The notes beneath the pieces were generated by a model that was not told the DNA's origin, did no database searches, and saw only the letters and a program-made list of their open reading frames with translations. DNA of 64,000 bases from Paraspadella gotoi (lineage: Eukaryota; Animalia; Chaetognatha). The DNA lies in NCBI GenBank assembly GCA_051294375.1, contig JBJCIZ010000239.1:2145030-2209029 (forward strand), given 5' to 3'. Below are positions 13,729 through 27,100 of this stretch, in pieces (within the stretch, counting starts at the first letter, position 1; each line of letters opens with the position of its first letter). Both the position numbers and the translations under genes were made by a program.

Positions 13729-14347
13729 AGGGTGGAGTGATGAAAAGATTGAGCGATCGAACAATTTTTTTTTGCTGCCTTTGTATATATAATAAAAAAT
13801 AATTAAGCCCCTTTTAAAATAAATTTTATATAACAGTATCATTAATTGAATTTTCTTTATAGTAATATCCTTATAAAATCATAAAATTTCAAAATCATAT
13901 TTTTTTCAATTTTAAGAACTGTTCTGGATTCGCCGAAAAAAACTGAAAAACTTTTGTAAAATATGTTTTATAATATTTTTAGGTTATAGCTGCGATAAAT
14001 GACTAAAACGTTTCATCATATATTAGTTTCAGAGCATAAAAAAGTAAGATATTTTAACATTTGTTTTCATTTTTGATACTGAAGGCACGGAAATTTTTAA
14101 TAACATGTTTTATATTTTTGATCTAACTTTTTATAAAGAATCAGAATCTTTAATAAAAATTTTTTAAAAAAAATTTGAAAATTTATTATTTTCTAAGGAT
14201 ATTACTATAAATATATTGTAATTAATGATACTGTTCCCCAACAATACAAGCAAAATATTTTTTGTACTCCTTAATCATACGATCTTACATCTAAATATCC
14301 TTGTTTGTTCACTCAAGTAAAATTTATGTTCCCAAGTGCTCCACTCT
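13729..14347. mobile_element. MITE, ~620 bp, short TIR AGGGTGGAG...CTCCACTCT
   Basis: Terminal inverted repeats, internal sub-palindrome, perfect 10 bp flanking duplication ATTACTCATT (13719-13728 / 14348-14357); inverted sister copy at 36120-36759. Confidence 0.75.
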
Positions 14348-15176
14348 ATTACTCATTCCCTCTATCATCAGTGTTATTCGATTATAATCATTTTTAATGC
14401 AAAGATCGGCCGTCTGGAACCGTAGTTTTTACGGATTCCAAGGATTTATTACAAACATTTATTCGACATTTCATTGATTTTCCTTGGATTTATCTCTACG
14501 AAAATACAAATAATTTACAATTTATTCTTCATTTTTCGAAGTTTTCTTCACGCTTCGAGATTTAGTAAGATACTACGAAATCCTTGCTCCTTGTCAAAAC
14601 CTGTTCATCCGACGGCCGACGCCTCGAACCCGCGACCCCGCAGGCATAGAAAAAACAAAAGATTTTATACAAAGAAATATAACTCTTTTTTAAAAATTAT
14701 TTTATTAAGTTGGTCAAATATCAGAAAAACCTATATATTGAGCTGAAAATTGAAATTTTATATGTTAAATATATTTTTTAAAATTTTTAACCCAATTAAT
14801 GAAAGAATTTTTAAAAATGATTTCTATTTTTTTTATAAACTTTTGACGAGGAATTCAAATCTGAAATCATAATTAAGAGCCTATTTTGAAATTTTTCATT
14901 TCTATAAGGATAGTACTATATATAAATATAGTCTAGTGCGAAAATTTAAAATAAAATAATGTTCACTGATGGTAGGCTGTTCATAATTGACTTTTAGAAT
15001 TTTCCGAACTTTCACTACGTTATAGCCATCAGTAAGTTACTGACAGTAACGCGCCAACCGAGGTAATTGAGCCACCCCCAATTTCATACATGAGGCCGGT
15101 GGTTCAATCCCCCACAATCTTTCTTGGCATGTTTCTCGAACCAACAAGGGTTTTTGTATTGTATTTCTAAACGTTT

Positions 15177-15392
15177 TATGGTGGACGAAAATCCACCAAC
15201 CGTTCATCAGCGGCCATTGGTGCCGGAGGCAAGTCATTCCCTCCCAACCCAAAGGATCCCGGGTGGTCGCCTAGCAGTTAAGAGGGACGGGGCTTAACCC
15301 GCCTGTAACATGTGTTACAGCCTGATCCGAAGCTCAGGGACTGCTTATATTGAACGGTTCTGTCATTAACACAATAATTACTGTCTCTTCAG
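15177..15392 (+). repeat. Structured repeat family 1 copy
   Basis: TATGGTGGAC..AAATCCACC ... CTGTCTCTTCA; multi-hairpin element also at 18653, 19073, 26032 (noisy), 37022 (-), 62690 (-). Confidence 0.85.
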
Positions 15393-16711
15393 TTTCTTCA
15401 ATATAAAAGGGTGTTAGTCCTTCAAACCGGAGATGTGGAAGTGATCTATTTTCCCCCGCTTCCCGAGACCCTTCCCGCTCCCGATTTCGAATGCAATCCT
15501 TATTTTTTTAGCCCAGATCGCTTTCGAGTGCACTGCACATCGCTTCCTTCTTGTAAAAATTTTACTTTTGTTATTTCATATAAAAATACTTTTTTAGAAT
15601 AATTTTAAATAATCTTTTTTTGTTTAAAAATAATATGTAAAATTTTAAATAGACTTATTTTAATTTTTTAAAATCTTTTACTATGTAATATTAAATTTTT
15701 TAAAAACTATTTGATAGAGAAGAGAGAGAGAGCTTTTTTTTTTATATCTCTTCCTCTGTTTTTCTTTCTTTTTTAGTCTCTCTTTCTCTCTTTTTTTTGC
15801 TCTAAGTAGCATATAGTTATTCTCTGTTTGTTTATTTTTGATAATAAAGAATATATATTTATATAAAAAATGAATAAAATGAGATTTAAAAAATAAAAAA
15901 TCTTTTTTGAAAAATAATTCCTTAATTTTCTTTGAACTTTGGTTAACCATTAAAAATTATTTAAATGTTAAATTTGAATTAATATTAAAAATAAATAAAT
16001 AAAACAGAATAAAATATTTTATATAAAGATCTGTTCAAAAAAGGATCGCCAAACAGCTCTATTTCTTTCCTACAGCCATCTGCAGAGTTGTCAACAAATT
16101 TGAAGCAACTGTTGAGCTCTGATTTTATTTTCACTAACATCCTGCGCCATCTCAAAATAAGCAAATAATTTTAAATGTTAAAAAAAATTAAAAAAAATAA
16201 AGAAAGACAGAGGGGCAATCAAAAAAAGAAAAAAAGAAAGAGAGAGCAGTGGGTTACAAAGTTTTAATCAAGTGCCTTTCTTTTCTCACCAATAAAAACA
16301 AATGATCTGGAAGCGAACACGCAGGGTTATTATAGCTTCCGGGTTCAATTCTTTATTCTCAATTTTTCTATCACTCCCAGTTTCGCTTTCCTTAAAAATC
16401 GGCCGCTTCCACAGTGTTTGCTTACGCTTTCCGGATCGCGTCCACATCTCTGCTTCAAACTTATTCTTTTCCACGCCATGTATAGATTTATAGTGTTTGA
16501 AGATAATGAATCTGTTGAGAGAAAAAATGACGGACGCGTTTGCCAAAATTCATACCCAATAATATAAATACTATAACTCCAATGACAAAGTTGACGAATT
16601 TTTTAAAAGTCTTTTTTGATAAGCCTGAATGAGGAAAGTAAAAATACAGATTAAAAATTCATACCAAAAGGAAAAGCTGCAAAATTTGATAATAAATTTG
16701 AATCTTAATTC

Positions 16712-16900
16712 AGGAAAAACAGTTTTTAAATGAGAAAACAATGATTTTATTGACAATTAGTCGGACATGTTTCGACTCTTACATTGCGAGTCTTCATGAG
16801 TAAGAGTCGAAACATGTCCGACTAAATGTCAATAAAATCGTTGTTTTCCCATTTAAAAACTGTTTTTTCCTAAATTCAAAAACGCAACGAAAAGAGTTAA
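16712..16900. mobile_element. Penelope-like pLTR relic with inverted arms and minimal hammerhead motif
   Basis: ~70 bp inverted arms (16712-16781 / 16801-16870). Minus strand reads CTCATGAA-GACTC-gcaatgtaa-GAGTC-GAAACATGTC. Related copy at ~44655-44822. Confidence 0.6.
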
Positions 16901-18121
16901 AACACAAAATCTTAATTCAATAATACAATCTTAATTCAATCTTAATTCGATCTTAGTAATTTGATAATAAATTTGAATCTTAATTCAATCTATAACTTTA
17001 ATTTTTTTTTAACATCAAACGAATGACTCTCCCCTTCCTCAGCGATAGTTGCTCTGACAGTACAGAATTTTTTTTCGCCGCCTTCTTCTAAAAATTCTGG
17101 GCAGCCATAAGAATAGATATGTTTTTAGTCGGATCTGCTTACCATGATGGGGAAAAAAATTGTCGCGGTTACTTTCCAGCTATTTTTCGGCATTTTAATG
17201 TGAGAATTGAAAATTAAAATTTACATATCGAAAAACTTTGGCCTATTGTGATTCATATGAGCTGTGTCTCATTAATGTATAATAAAAAATACAAGAGTTC
17301 CATGCAAAAGAAAATGAGTTGTCCAAAAAAATGCTTCCTTCATTTTTATCTTTTACATATCTACATTTTTCATTTATATTAATTTCCGGTTCTTTTTTAT
17401 TACTTTTTGAGTTAAACCGTTACTATTAAAAATCCCTGCCTTTTCTCAGTCTTAGGTCAAATAGTTATTGCATCAGCTCTATTAGGATAGATTCAGGGAT
17501 GAATCTTAATTCATATATAAAAAAAATAGTGGCATTAAAAATACATTAATGCTGTAGATGCTCTAGAATATTCTTTTTATATTGTAAAGTATCAATAAAT
17601 GTTATAATCACATTATGCAATAACTACTCAAGCCTGGTTTACTTTATAAGGATAAATTTTTTTCACTGCTTGCCAAGAACCATTTTTGCCCTAAATCTGA
17701 TAAAAAATAATAAAAATGATATTAACAATAATGTGAGTAGTCCTCTTGATCAAAAAGAGGGGAAAACAGTTGGAGACGACCTCTTTTGGAAGTATTTGAA
17801 TGCATTAAATAATTTTATGCTGTTAAGAAATAATCTTTTTATTCAGTCCTAGGGAGGTCATATTACATATTAAAACCTATTTTCCGGCCAAAAAATATAT
17901 TTGACAATGAAATTAACCGACTTTTCCAAACCGCGACAATTTTTTTTCCATCGTGGTATAAGCAGATTCCGACTCTATATATATCTATATATATATATCT
18001 ATATATCGATAATCCACTTTGTCGGTCCAAATTTATTATCCAACTGCAAAGCCCCTGTTAAACCAAACTGTGTCCTATGTGCAAAATAAAGGGTCAGCTA
18101 AAGCACGGTCCGTCGTCGCAG

Positions 18122-21100
18122 TTAATCAGGTCCGATCCCAAAATCGAGAAATGGAAGCCACTCGAAGATCTCCTCCACTTTGTGCGAAGGAACAATTCCT
18201 CTTTTTTTTGTGCGAGTATTCGTGCCAAAGACTTTTCCGCCGCCACGGTATTCGGAGGCAAAGGAGGCGGCACCAACATGAATTCGATCGCCAACCTGAT
18301 TTTAAAATAAATGGGCTCGTAATTTGGTTCCATGCCCGTCGTTTTGACTACTATAAAACTCTTTTTTTTTAGTTTTCAACATAATATTTCTTGAAAATAT
18401 AAGTTGATAAATATGATTTTTGCCTTTATATTACAGCAGGATTCATATTAAGCAATTTACAGTGGATGAATATTGAATAACCAATAGGGACTGTTTTTAT
18501 GTATACAGTAATATTTGGCTTCATAAAGAGAGCAAAAAAGCAGTAGGAGTCTTGCTTTGCCTCAATTGTTAAGACTACTTTATAAGACTACTTTAGTTGC
18601 TATATAGACTGTATGGGCATCGCCTGTTGTCAAGAGATGAAATTATAGAATTTATGGTGGACTAAAATCCACCAACCGTTCATCAGCGGCCATTGATGCC
18701 GGAGGCAAGTCATTCGCCTCCCAACAAAAAGGTCCGGGGTTCTTTGCCCGGTGGCCGCCTAGCAGTTAAGAGGGACGGGGCGCTTAACCCATCTGTAACA
18801 CGGTGTTACAGCCTGATCCAAAGCTCAGGGACTGCTTGTATTGAACAGTTCTGTCATTAATACATAACAATAATTACTGTCTCTTCATTGATGAGCCCGA
18901 CTTCCGAACACAACAGCAACAACAACACTTTCAGGCGACATGCCTCTACCTGGCGATGCACTTTCCGCCCACAACACATCAGGCGACATGACTTAACTTG
19001 GTGATGCACTTTCCGCCAACAACAATTCACTGAAGAGACGCAACAGACTTCTCCCTACGGGATGGGAGGATGTATGGTGGACTAAAATCCACCAACCATT
19101 CATCAGCGGCCATTGATGCCGGAGGCAAGTCATTCGCCTCCCAACCCAAAGGTCCGGGGTTCTAGCCCGGTGGCCGCCTAGCAGTTAAGAGGGATGGGGC
19201 GCTTAACCCGCCTGTAACACGGTGTTACAAGCTCAGGGACTGCTTATATTGAACGGTTCTGTCACTAACACATAATAATAATCACTGTCTCTACAAATTT
19301 GGTTTTTTCCTTGATTCCTTACTTGAAGATTAATCTGCCCCTTGTTGGATGCGACATGAGGAATAATCGCGCGGAAGATGCGAGTTCTTTGAGGAACAAG
19401 GAATTGCTGCACATCTAGTGAAACAAATCGACTCTTGACATCAAGTTGAGTTGACTGCATCAGTTCGTAAGCCAAACGGCAGACCTGATGAGAAAAAAAA
19501 AGAAACCAACTTCATACAAAATGGTGCAAGAATATAAATTATTTACATTTGAACTTGAAGTGCAGACCAAGAAGTCGGACTCTGCCATGAAGTAAATATC
19601 TCGAATGACTCCCCTCAATGATTCGGGTGTGTATCTATCATGCTTAGCCATATTTGTATTTTTCTTGTCCATAATGAAGATGTATTTCGATGAAAAACTT
19701 TAAATTTAAATAAAATAAATTTAGACATAAAATCAAAAGAGACAAATTTTTTAAATGAAATGTATAACAGTCCCTGAGCTTTGGCATATGCTGAATAAAG
19801 CGTAGAAAAAATATTAAAATCAAGTAGATTCAAAATTCGAAGAGTAAACATTTTGACATAAAATTTTTTTTTTTATTTTACAATTTTCGCATAAGCCCAT
19901 ATTTATTAGAGCTCCCAGAAATACCATGCATTTTTGAAAGTTCCTGATACCTGCAAAGTTTTTTGTGCCAAATTTAGTGGAGAAAACGAATATCACAATA
20001 AAAAATTTCCCCGAATGCTCTTGATGGATTTTCCACGCCAGTTTTTGCGTCGTACCACTTCCGGTTTTAAAAATTCAAAATTTCTGGAAAAAAATGAGCT
20101 GTTATTCAGCCAGCATACTTAAATTAATCAAAATAAAATTATTAATAACCTTAATACTCAATTTATTGTTGTGGTTTATAAATAAGGTTAAAAAATTATT
20201 ATTACAAAAGACTTTAGGAGAAAAAACAATTTATTTGTTTTTATCAACAAATAGTATTATTGGTANNNNNNNNNNTTGGGAGGTCTAATATTTATACATA
20301 GTACTCACTAAAGAGAATGTCAAAATTTTAAAACTTTTTTTTCATATTTTGAAAGTAGATTCTAATTTCTAACGAAAAGTTGAAAAAAGAAAATATAACT
20401 CTTTTTAAAAAATATTTCATTAAGTACGTCAAAATCCTAAAAAAAAAACTAATAGTTAACCTATAATTAAATTTTAGTTTAAAAAATATAGTTTTTGTAA
20501 TTTTTAGCTATATAAATTAATGAAATAATTTTTGATTAAGACTGATATTTTCTTTTATCAACTTTTATAAGTAATTCGAATTTGCTTTCAAAACTAAAAA
20601 AAAACTATTTAAAATTTTAACATTTTTTATGGTGAGTACTATGTATAAATATGGCCTAATGCAAGAATTTAAAAATTAAAAATAACATTTTTTTAAAATA
20701 TCAATGTTCTTTAGTACAAAACTGTTCATGATCGTATATTTTGATTTGCAACTTTTACTGCGCCTTAATGCCGAAGCACCAAGCTAAAAACTGGTTAACT
20801 GACATTGTCCAACTCAACCACTCGAGGGCCAATGCGCTGAAACTCCAGACCTTTGAGTTAGAAGGCAAATGACTCACCTCCAGCTTCATCGACGCCTTGA
20901 ATGGTTGGGGGACTTTGTTTTACAAAATTAGAGGCTTTCGCAATTCTTACGCTTTTGATTCTTCAATGACCATTGGTTCATCCGTGGCCAGAAAGACTTT
21001 CCGCTTTGTGCCCTTCGTGGGAGGGTGCGTCTTCTCCCAATTATCGTACCACTCATCAACAGACACCATGTATTCAGAAAAATGGTAAAAGGCAGATTCT

Positions 21101-24100
21101 TTTGTTGAGATCTTGTCTGTTCGACGTACATGAATACTGACTATTGGATGAGAGAAGCCCATTTTAGTTTTTGACTCCTAAAGGAAACAAGTTTGAGCAT
21201 ACAATGCCGGATCTGCCCACGATCATTAGCGGTAAGCAGCTGATCAGATAATTAATTAATTAATTAATCAATTAATAATATTAATTTTTTTATTAGTGTC
21301 AAAATCGTAATTGGTATTTGGTGTTTTTTGCTAAGGTGGGACAAACGGACGGACAGACAGAAGGACGGACATCATTTTTTTTGCATAATTTATCGTGCCC
21401 ACCACAGCGCAACCGGAATATAAGCAGAAGCGTCCTAAGAACGTGGGTCACTTGTCCCTCCCCTACCACCAGGGGATCACTGAGTCATTTCATTTGCTTC
21501 AACCAAAGGGGGCCAGCTCATTTTGAGCTCTTTCTTAATTCTTAAACTTTCACTTTCATACTAATATTAACTCATGTATCTATCATATTTCAATATTTCA
21601 TTTTCACAATTAACTAGTTAATTGTTAAAAATATTAATTTCATTGTTAGTTTAAATAATATATCTTTGTTGTACATTGCACAATGTATCATTTTCCAATG
21701 TTCAATCTCTCTCTCTCTCTCTCAAATATTCACCATTTAATTTCTTTTCACAACCTAGCTCAATCTGTCTTCACCTTAACCTGACCACTGTTCTTTTCTC
21801 AACTCTGTGTTGGAAAACTTTGCCCTTTCTCTCTCTCTTTCTCTAACTTTCCTTTGCACAATAATTTGAAAAAATTTTACAACATTGTCTGATGCTGAAG
21901 AAGGCTTGACGGACCGACAAAGTGAATTATAGAGCCGGAATCTACTGTAAGCAGATCCGGCTAAAAACAGCTGCGTTCTACCAAATCTAATTCTCAGTAA
22001 GTTGGTCAAAATTTGAGTTTTATTTGGTAAAAAGCGTTATTATTTCAGTAATACCCTTTGTCTACTGTTTTTTGCCTAATTTTCATTTCTCACCTTTAAT
22101 ATTTTTAGTCGGATCTGCTTATCAGGCAGATCCCGACTCTATAATTCACTTTGTCGGTCCGTCGGTCCGCCCCTCAATATTGTCGCGCACTAACTTATAT
22201 CATGTCAGAACATCGAATTATAATAAATTATGCAAAAAAAAATGATGTCCGTCCGTCCGTCTGTCTGTCTGTCCATCCGTCCGTCCCACCTTAGCAAAAA
22301 ACACCAATTACTCGTGATTGGATGGATGGATTTGAATGAAATTTTGTGTGTGGGTAGGGAAGTGTGTGATTGAGCTGGATATAAAGTTTCGATGGATCGA
22401 CCGGTGGAAAATGAGTTTAAATGGAAAAAACAAAAAAATATAATTCACTATTTGAACATTAATTGCTCATAAGTGGATGGGCGATTGACCTGGAATTTTG
22501 TATGTGAGTAGGAAAGTTGTGTGATTGAACAGGAAACCAAGTTTCAATGGAATCGTTTGAGTGGAAATGAGTTTAAATGGAAAAAACAAAAAACCTCTTT
22601 CACTAATTGATTATGCCTTCTTTTTCCTTTTATATTAATGTATAAGCAGGATTATTAATAAATCAAATAATTAATCAGTTAATTAATCAATCAGTCAATT
22701 AAATAATCACTAATTAATTAATCAGTCCAATCAATCAGTCCATCGTCCCACCTTAGCAAAAAGCCCAATACTCGTGATTGGCGTGGTTATGGTAGGTGAA
22801 CATGAGTGATGAAGCTGGATATAAAGTTTTGATGGAATCGTGTGAGTGGAAATGAGTTTAAATGGAAAAAACATAAGTCGCATTTACTAAAATCTTTTTT
22901 ACTTATTTTAACCAATAAATACTCTAAATTAATCATAATTGGATGGATAGATTAAGTTCAAAATTTTGTGTGTGGGTAGGAAAATGTGTGACGAAGCTTG
23001 ATATAAAGTTTCGGTATGAGTGGAAATGAGTTTAAATGAAAAAAATATGAGTCACATTTACTTGACTCTTTTACTTATTTAACCCATAATAGATTGAGAT
23101 GAAATTTTGTGAGCGGGAAGAAAGTGTGTGAAGAAGCTAGATATAAAGTTTTGACGGAATTGTGCCAGTGGAAATGAGTTTAAATGGAAAAATATAAGTC
23201 ACATTTACTTTATTTTAAGGACATCGATGATGATAAGCTGTATATAATTTATAACTAATTTATTACATAATTTTAAATTAATTAATTTATATTATAATCG
23301 ATTATTAAATTAATTTTCGTAGGCAGATCCGACATTGTTTGCTCAAACTTGTATTTTTATATTTATAATTACCAAGTTTAGTCTCCCCAAACTTTTTTCC
23401 TACCTTTTTGTATTCATTTTTAAATTCATTTTTCTCCTTATTTTTTTTACAAAATTAACCTGTAAGTTCTTCAGTCTTCCTTTTCTTTCCTATAAGATTT
23501 TATATATATCATGACTAACCTGGATAATTTTCAGTTTTGTCTCACTAAACTTTTTTGGTTAACTTTTCATTTTAATTCCTTATGTAATTCTTTATGGAAT
23601 CCTGATATTTTGCATTTTTACAACAGTATTTCTTTATAGTTCTTTAAGTTTTCTTGCTCAATGGATTTTTAATTATAATATAACATAATAGTATTATTTT
23701 ATGATTTTTATAAGATTTTTAATATTTAAAATATTTAAAATGTTTAAAAGCTTAAAGTCCATTTATTGAATTTTGATAAAATTTATAAAAATTAGATTAT
23801 TATTTAAGATGAAGATACTATTACTAAAAATAATAAAAATACTTTTTTTAATATCATCATTAGTATAGAGAGTATAATTAATATGAAATCGATTTTCATA
23901 ACAGAATTTTTTGTTGTTATATTTTTATTTATTAATATATTGAATTTTTTTCTTTCTTTATCTATGACTTTTCAAACTTAAGAAAGATTTTCTTATTCCA
24001 AAGAAGGATCATGATTTTGGTAATTGAAATTTGTGTTTGCTGTTTTTTTCTGTTTTCAAATGTTTTTTGAATACTCTATGCAAAAATAAATACAAAAAAT

Positions 24101-27100
24101 ATAATAAAAGGAAAAAACATTTAAATGAAAAAATAAGGACAAAAATAATTTTTAATTACATAAAACAAATTATATAAAAAAATTTATGAAATAAAAAATG
24201 TATTCTAAAATTCTTTAAACGTCTTCACAAGCACAGGGAGTATAATAATTAAGATCTTATGAAATTGGTACAACCAATATAAAAATTATCCATTCATTTA
24301 ATGAATAAGCTTTTTTGCCCCTGACTTTGGACAGGCTCTGGTGGTCTAAGGCCTCCATCACTCCTACAAGATAATGACATAGCAGGTCCCTGCAAGCTTT
24401 CAATCAAGACTCTCTCACAATCTTATTTATTCACTCCCAGAGTACCTGGCTTCCCTATCAATGAAATGGTATAATTTTTCAAAGAATGTTTCAATTGTAT
24501 GAAAATTTTCGTTTTAATTTGAATAAAAACCTATACATGAGATAAACCTGATTGACTTTTTGATCAGGTGATTGCAAAAGTTTGAAAAAATCGGTTGATA
24601 CATTACCTTTCTCCTAAGTATTAACTAAAATTATACAGTATTCTCTAAGTTAAGAGCATTTGAAATGAAATTGACCAATGGACCGACGGACGAACCCGTA
24701 AATCAACTACCAAAAAATTGTCTTTCAGGCTTACACTGTGTGTACTAGTTGTGCAAAAAATTACCTTAATCCAATCCACAATACGCGGCTGGGGACGAAA
24801 GAGGTACTTGACCATTTGACCCACCCACCAGTCTGTAGGATGTCTCGTCAAACGTTCGAGTCTGGGTCTGAGGTCCGCCGGGATAGTTGGAGGGTATAGA
24901 TTAAATGCTCCGCAAATTTTGAAGAGGCCAGTCTTCTTTGTTATTGCTACCTCAAGGACGTTGGGATATTTCATGGGAGAACCAGTAATATAATTAAGCG
25001 GAAAACCTTTAGATTAAAAAAAAATTATAAAAGCTCACTGAAGATAGGAGACATAAATCATTAGTTTTGCCAATTATTTTACAAATCATAGATGTTAGTA
25101 GAAAAAGATATTAAAGCATTAACAGCATTATTAACTAAAACGTAAAGGACTGACTAATAGAGCATTTAAAAATAACAAAATATAACAAATTGAATAAGGT
25201 CCATAGCTATTTTAGTGTAATCAAGTCTGTAGAATTCGACGTTGATAACCATTTTTAGTATTGTTTCATCTTCTTTGTCGGAAATGGCGATTTTTGCAGC
25301 ATCAAAGGAGAAGGATGGAGCAGTTAGATATTGTAAATGAACAACATACCTTCAAAATGCGTTGACCATCTGTATTCGAAGTTGTGAGAAATCCCTTATA
25401 ATTATTATATATAACGAATTTGCGCAAATAAATATCTTTTTCCCTCTGTGAGCTGACAACAGATCTATTTGAACACACTCTGGATGGTTTGATATGTCAA
25501 AATGATGGTTAATTGTCAAGCAGAAACAAAATATCTAAGCCCTTGAATGATGTAACAGATTCAGGAATCACGCGACGTTGTTTTTCACTCTATCTGATTT
25601 TCTCCTGCTCTTCCCAGCGGGCGTTCACACTCATTGGTACGTCAGCATTTTTAACTCGAAAATCTCATTGAACAAACGTCTTCCTCGATTCTCTTAAGCA
25701 AGCGACGTAGACTCCTCACCTTAACCGCCGTCTGTAAACCGTCGTTACCAGCCTGACCATCAACAGCTCAGGGCACTCGCTATATTCGAACGGTTCTGTA
25801 CTAATAACACAATAATTACTACGTCCTCTTCATTGTGAGCACCGACTTCCCAAACAAAACAAACAAAAGAAACAACAAACACTTATCAAGGCGACCATGC
25901 CTCCTAACCTGCCCGCACTGCACTCTTCGCAACAAACACATCAGGCGACATGCCTCAACTGGTATGCACTTTCCGCCAACAAAAATTTCACTGAAGAGAC
26001 GCAACAGACTACCCTATGGAGATGGGAGGATGTATGGTGGACTAAAATCCTACAACCTCATATCAATCAGCGCGCCATTGATGCCGGAGGCAAGTCATTC
26101 GCCTCCCAACCAAGGCTCCGGCGGTTCTCGCCCGGTGGCCCGCCTAGCAGTTTAGAGGACCGGGCTCTTCCACAACAGTGATTACAAGCTCCAGGGACTG
26201 CTTAATAATTGAACGGTTCTGCACTAAACACATAATAATAATCACCTGTCTCTACAAATTTTGCTTTTTCTTCCCTTGATTCGCTTACTTGAAGATTAAT
26301 CGCCCCTCGTTGGATGGACATGAGGAATAATCGCGCAGAAGATGCGAGTTCTTGATGGAACAAGGATTCGCTGCACAATCAACCGTAACACAACTCGACT
26401 CTTGACATCAAGTTGAGCTTGACCTGCATAGTCTTCGCTAAGCCAAGGCAGAAACCTGATGAGAAAAAAAAAGAAACCAAGTTCATACACAAATGGTGCA
26501 AAGAATATAACAATTTATTTCACATCTTAATCTGAAGCTGCAGACCAAGAAGTCGGACTCTGCATGAAGTAAATATCATCGAATACTCCCCTCAATGATT
26601 CGGGTGTGTATCTGTCATGCTTCAGCCATAACTTTGTTATTTTTTGTCATAATGAAGATGTAATTTCGTAAAAACTTTAATTTAAATAAATAACATTTAG
26701 ACATAAAATCAAAAAGAGACAAATTTTATAAAATAGAACATGTATAACAGTCCTGAGCTTGGCATCATGCTGAAAAAAGCAAATTAATGTAGAAAAATAT
26801 TATATCAAGTAGATCATTACAGAAGAGTAACACATTTATGACAATATAAAAATTATTATTTTATTTTAAACAATTTTCGACACATAGGCCATAATTTTCA
26901 CTTAATCATACGTACCATATACACCACACTAGGCAACCTCGTCAAAATTTCTAAAAACTTTTTTTTTCATCTATTTTTGAAGTACGATTGTAATTTACTC
27001 AACAGAAACAGCTTGAAAAAACAAAAATATTCAGAAGTGGCCAACAATAATAACTCTTATTACGAGAAAAATATATTCAATTAAGATAACGTCAAAATCC

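Noticed and set aside
14595-15115. tRNA genes or SINE heads (B-box-like GGTTCGAGGC on minus ~14620; GGTTCAATCC ~15100)
   Set aside because: No cloverleaf or convincing A box, and no second copy in the window.
18886-18912. Hammerhead core TTGATGAGCCC..CCGAAC (retrozyme)
   Set aside because: No stem II pairing, no GAAA, and the duplicate copy does not support it.
20878-20895. 18-nt microexon (AAG|...|GTGAGT) in FUT8 intron 5
   Set aside because: It would introduce TGA in frame, and the gene is complete without it.
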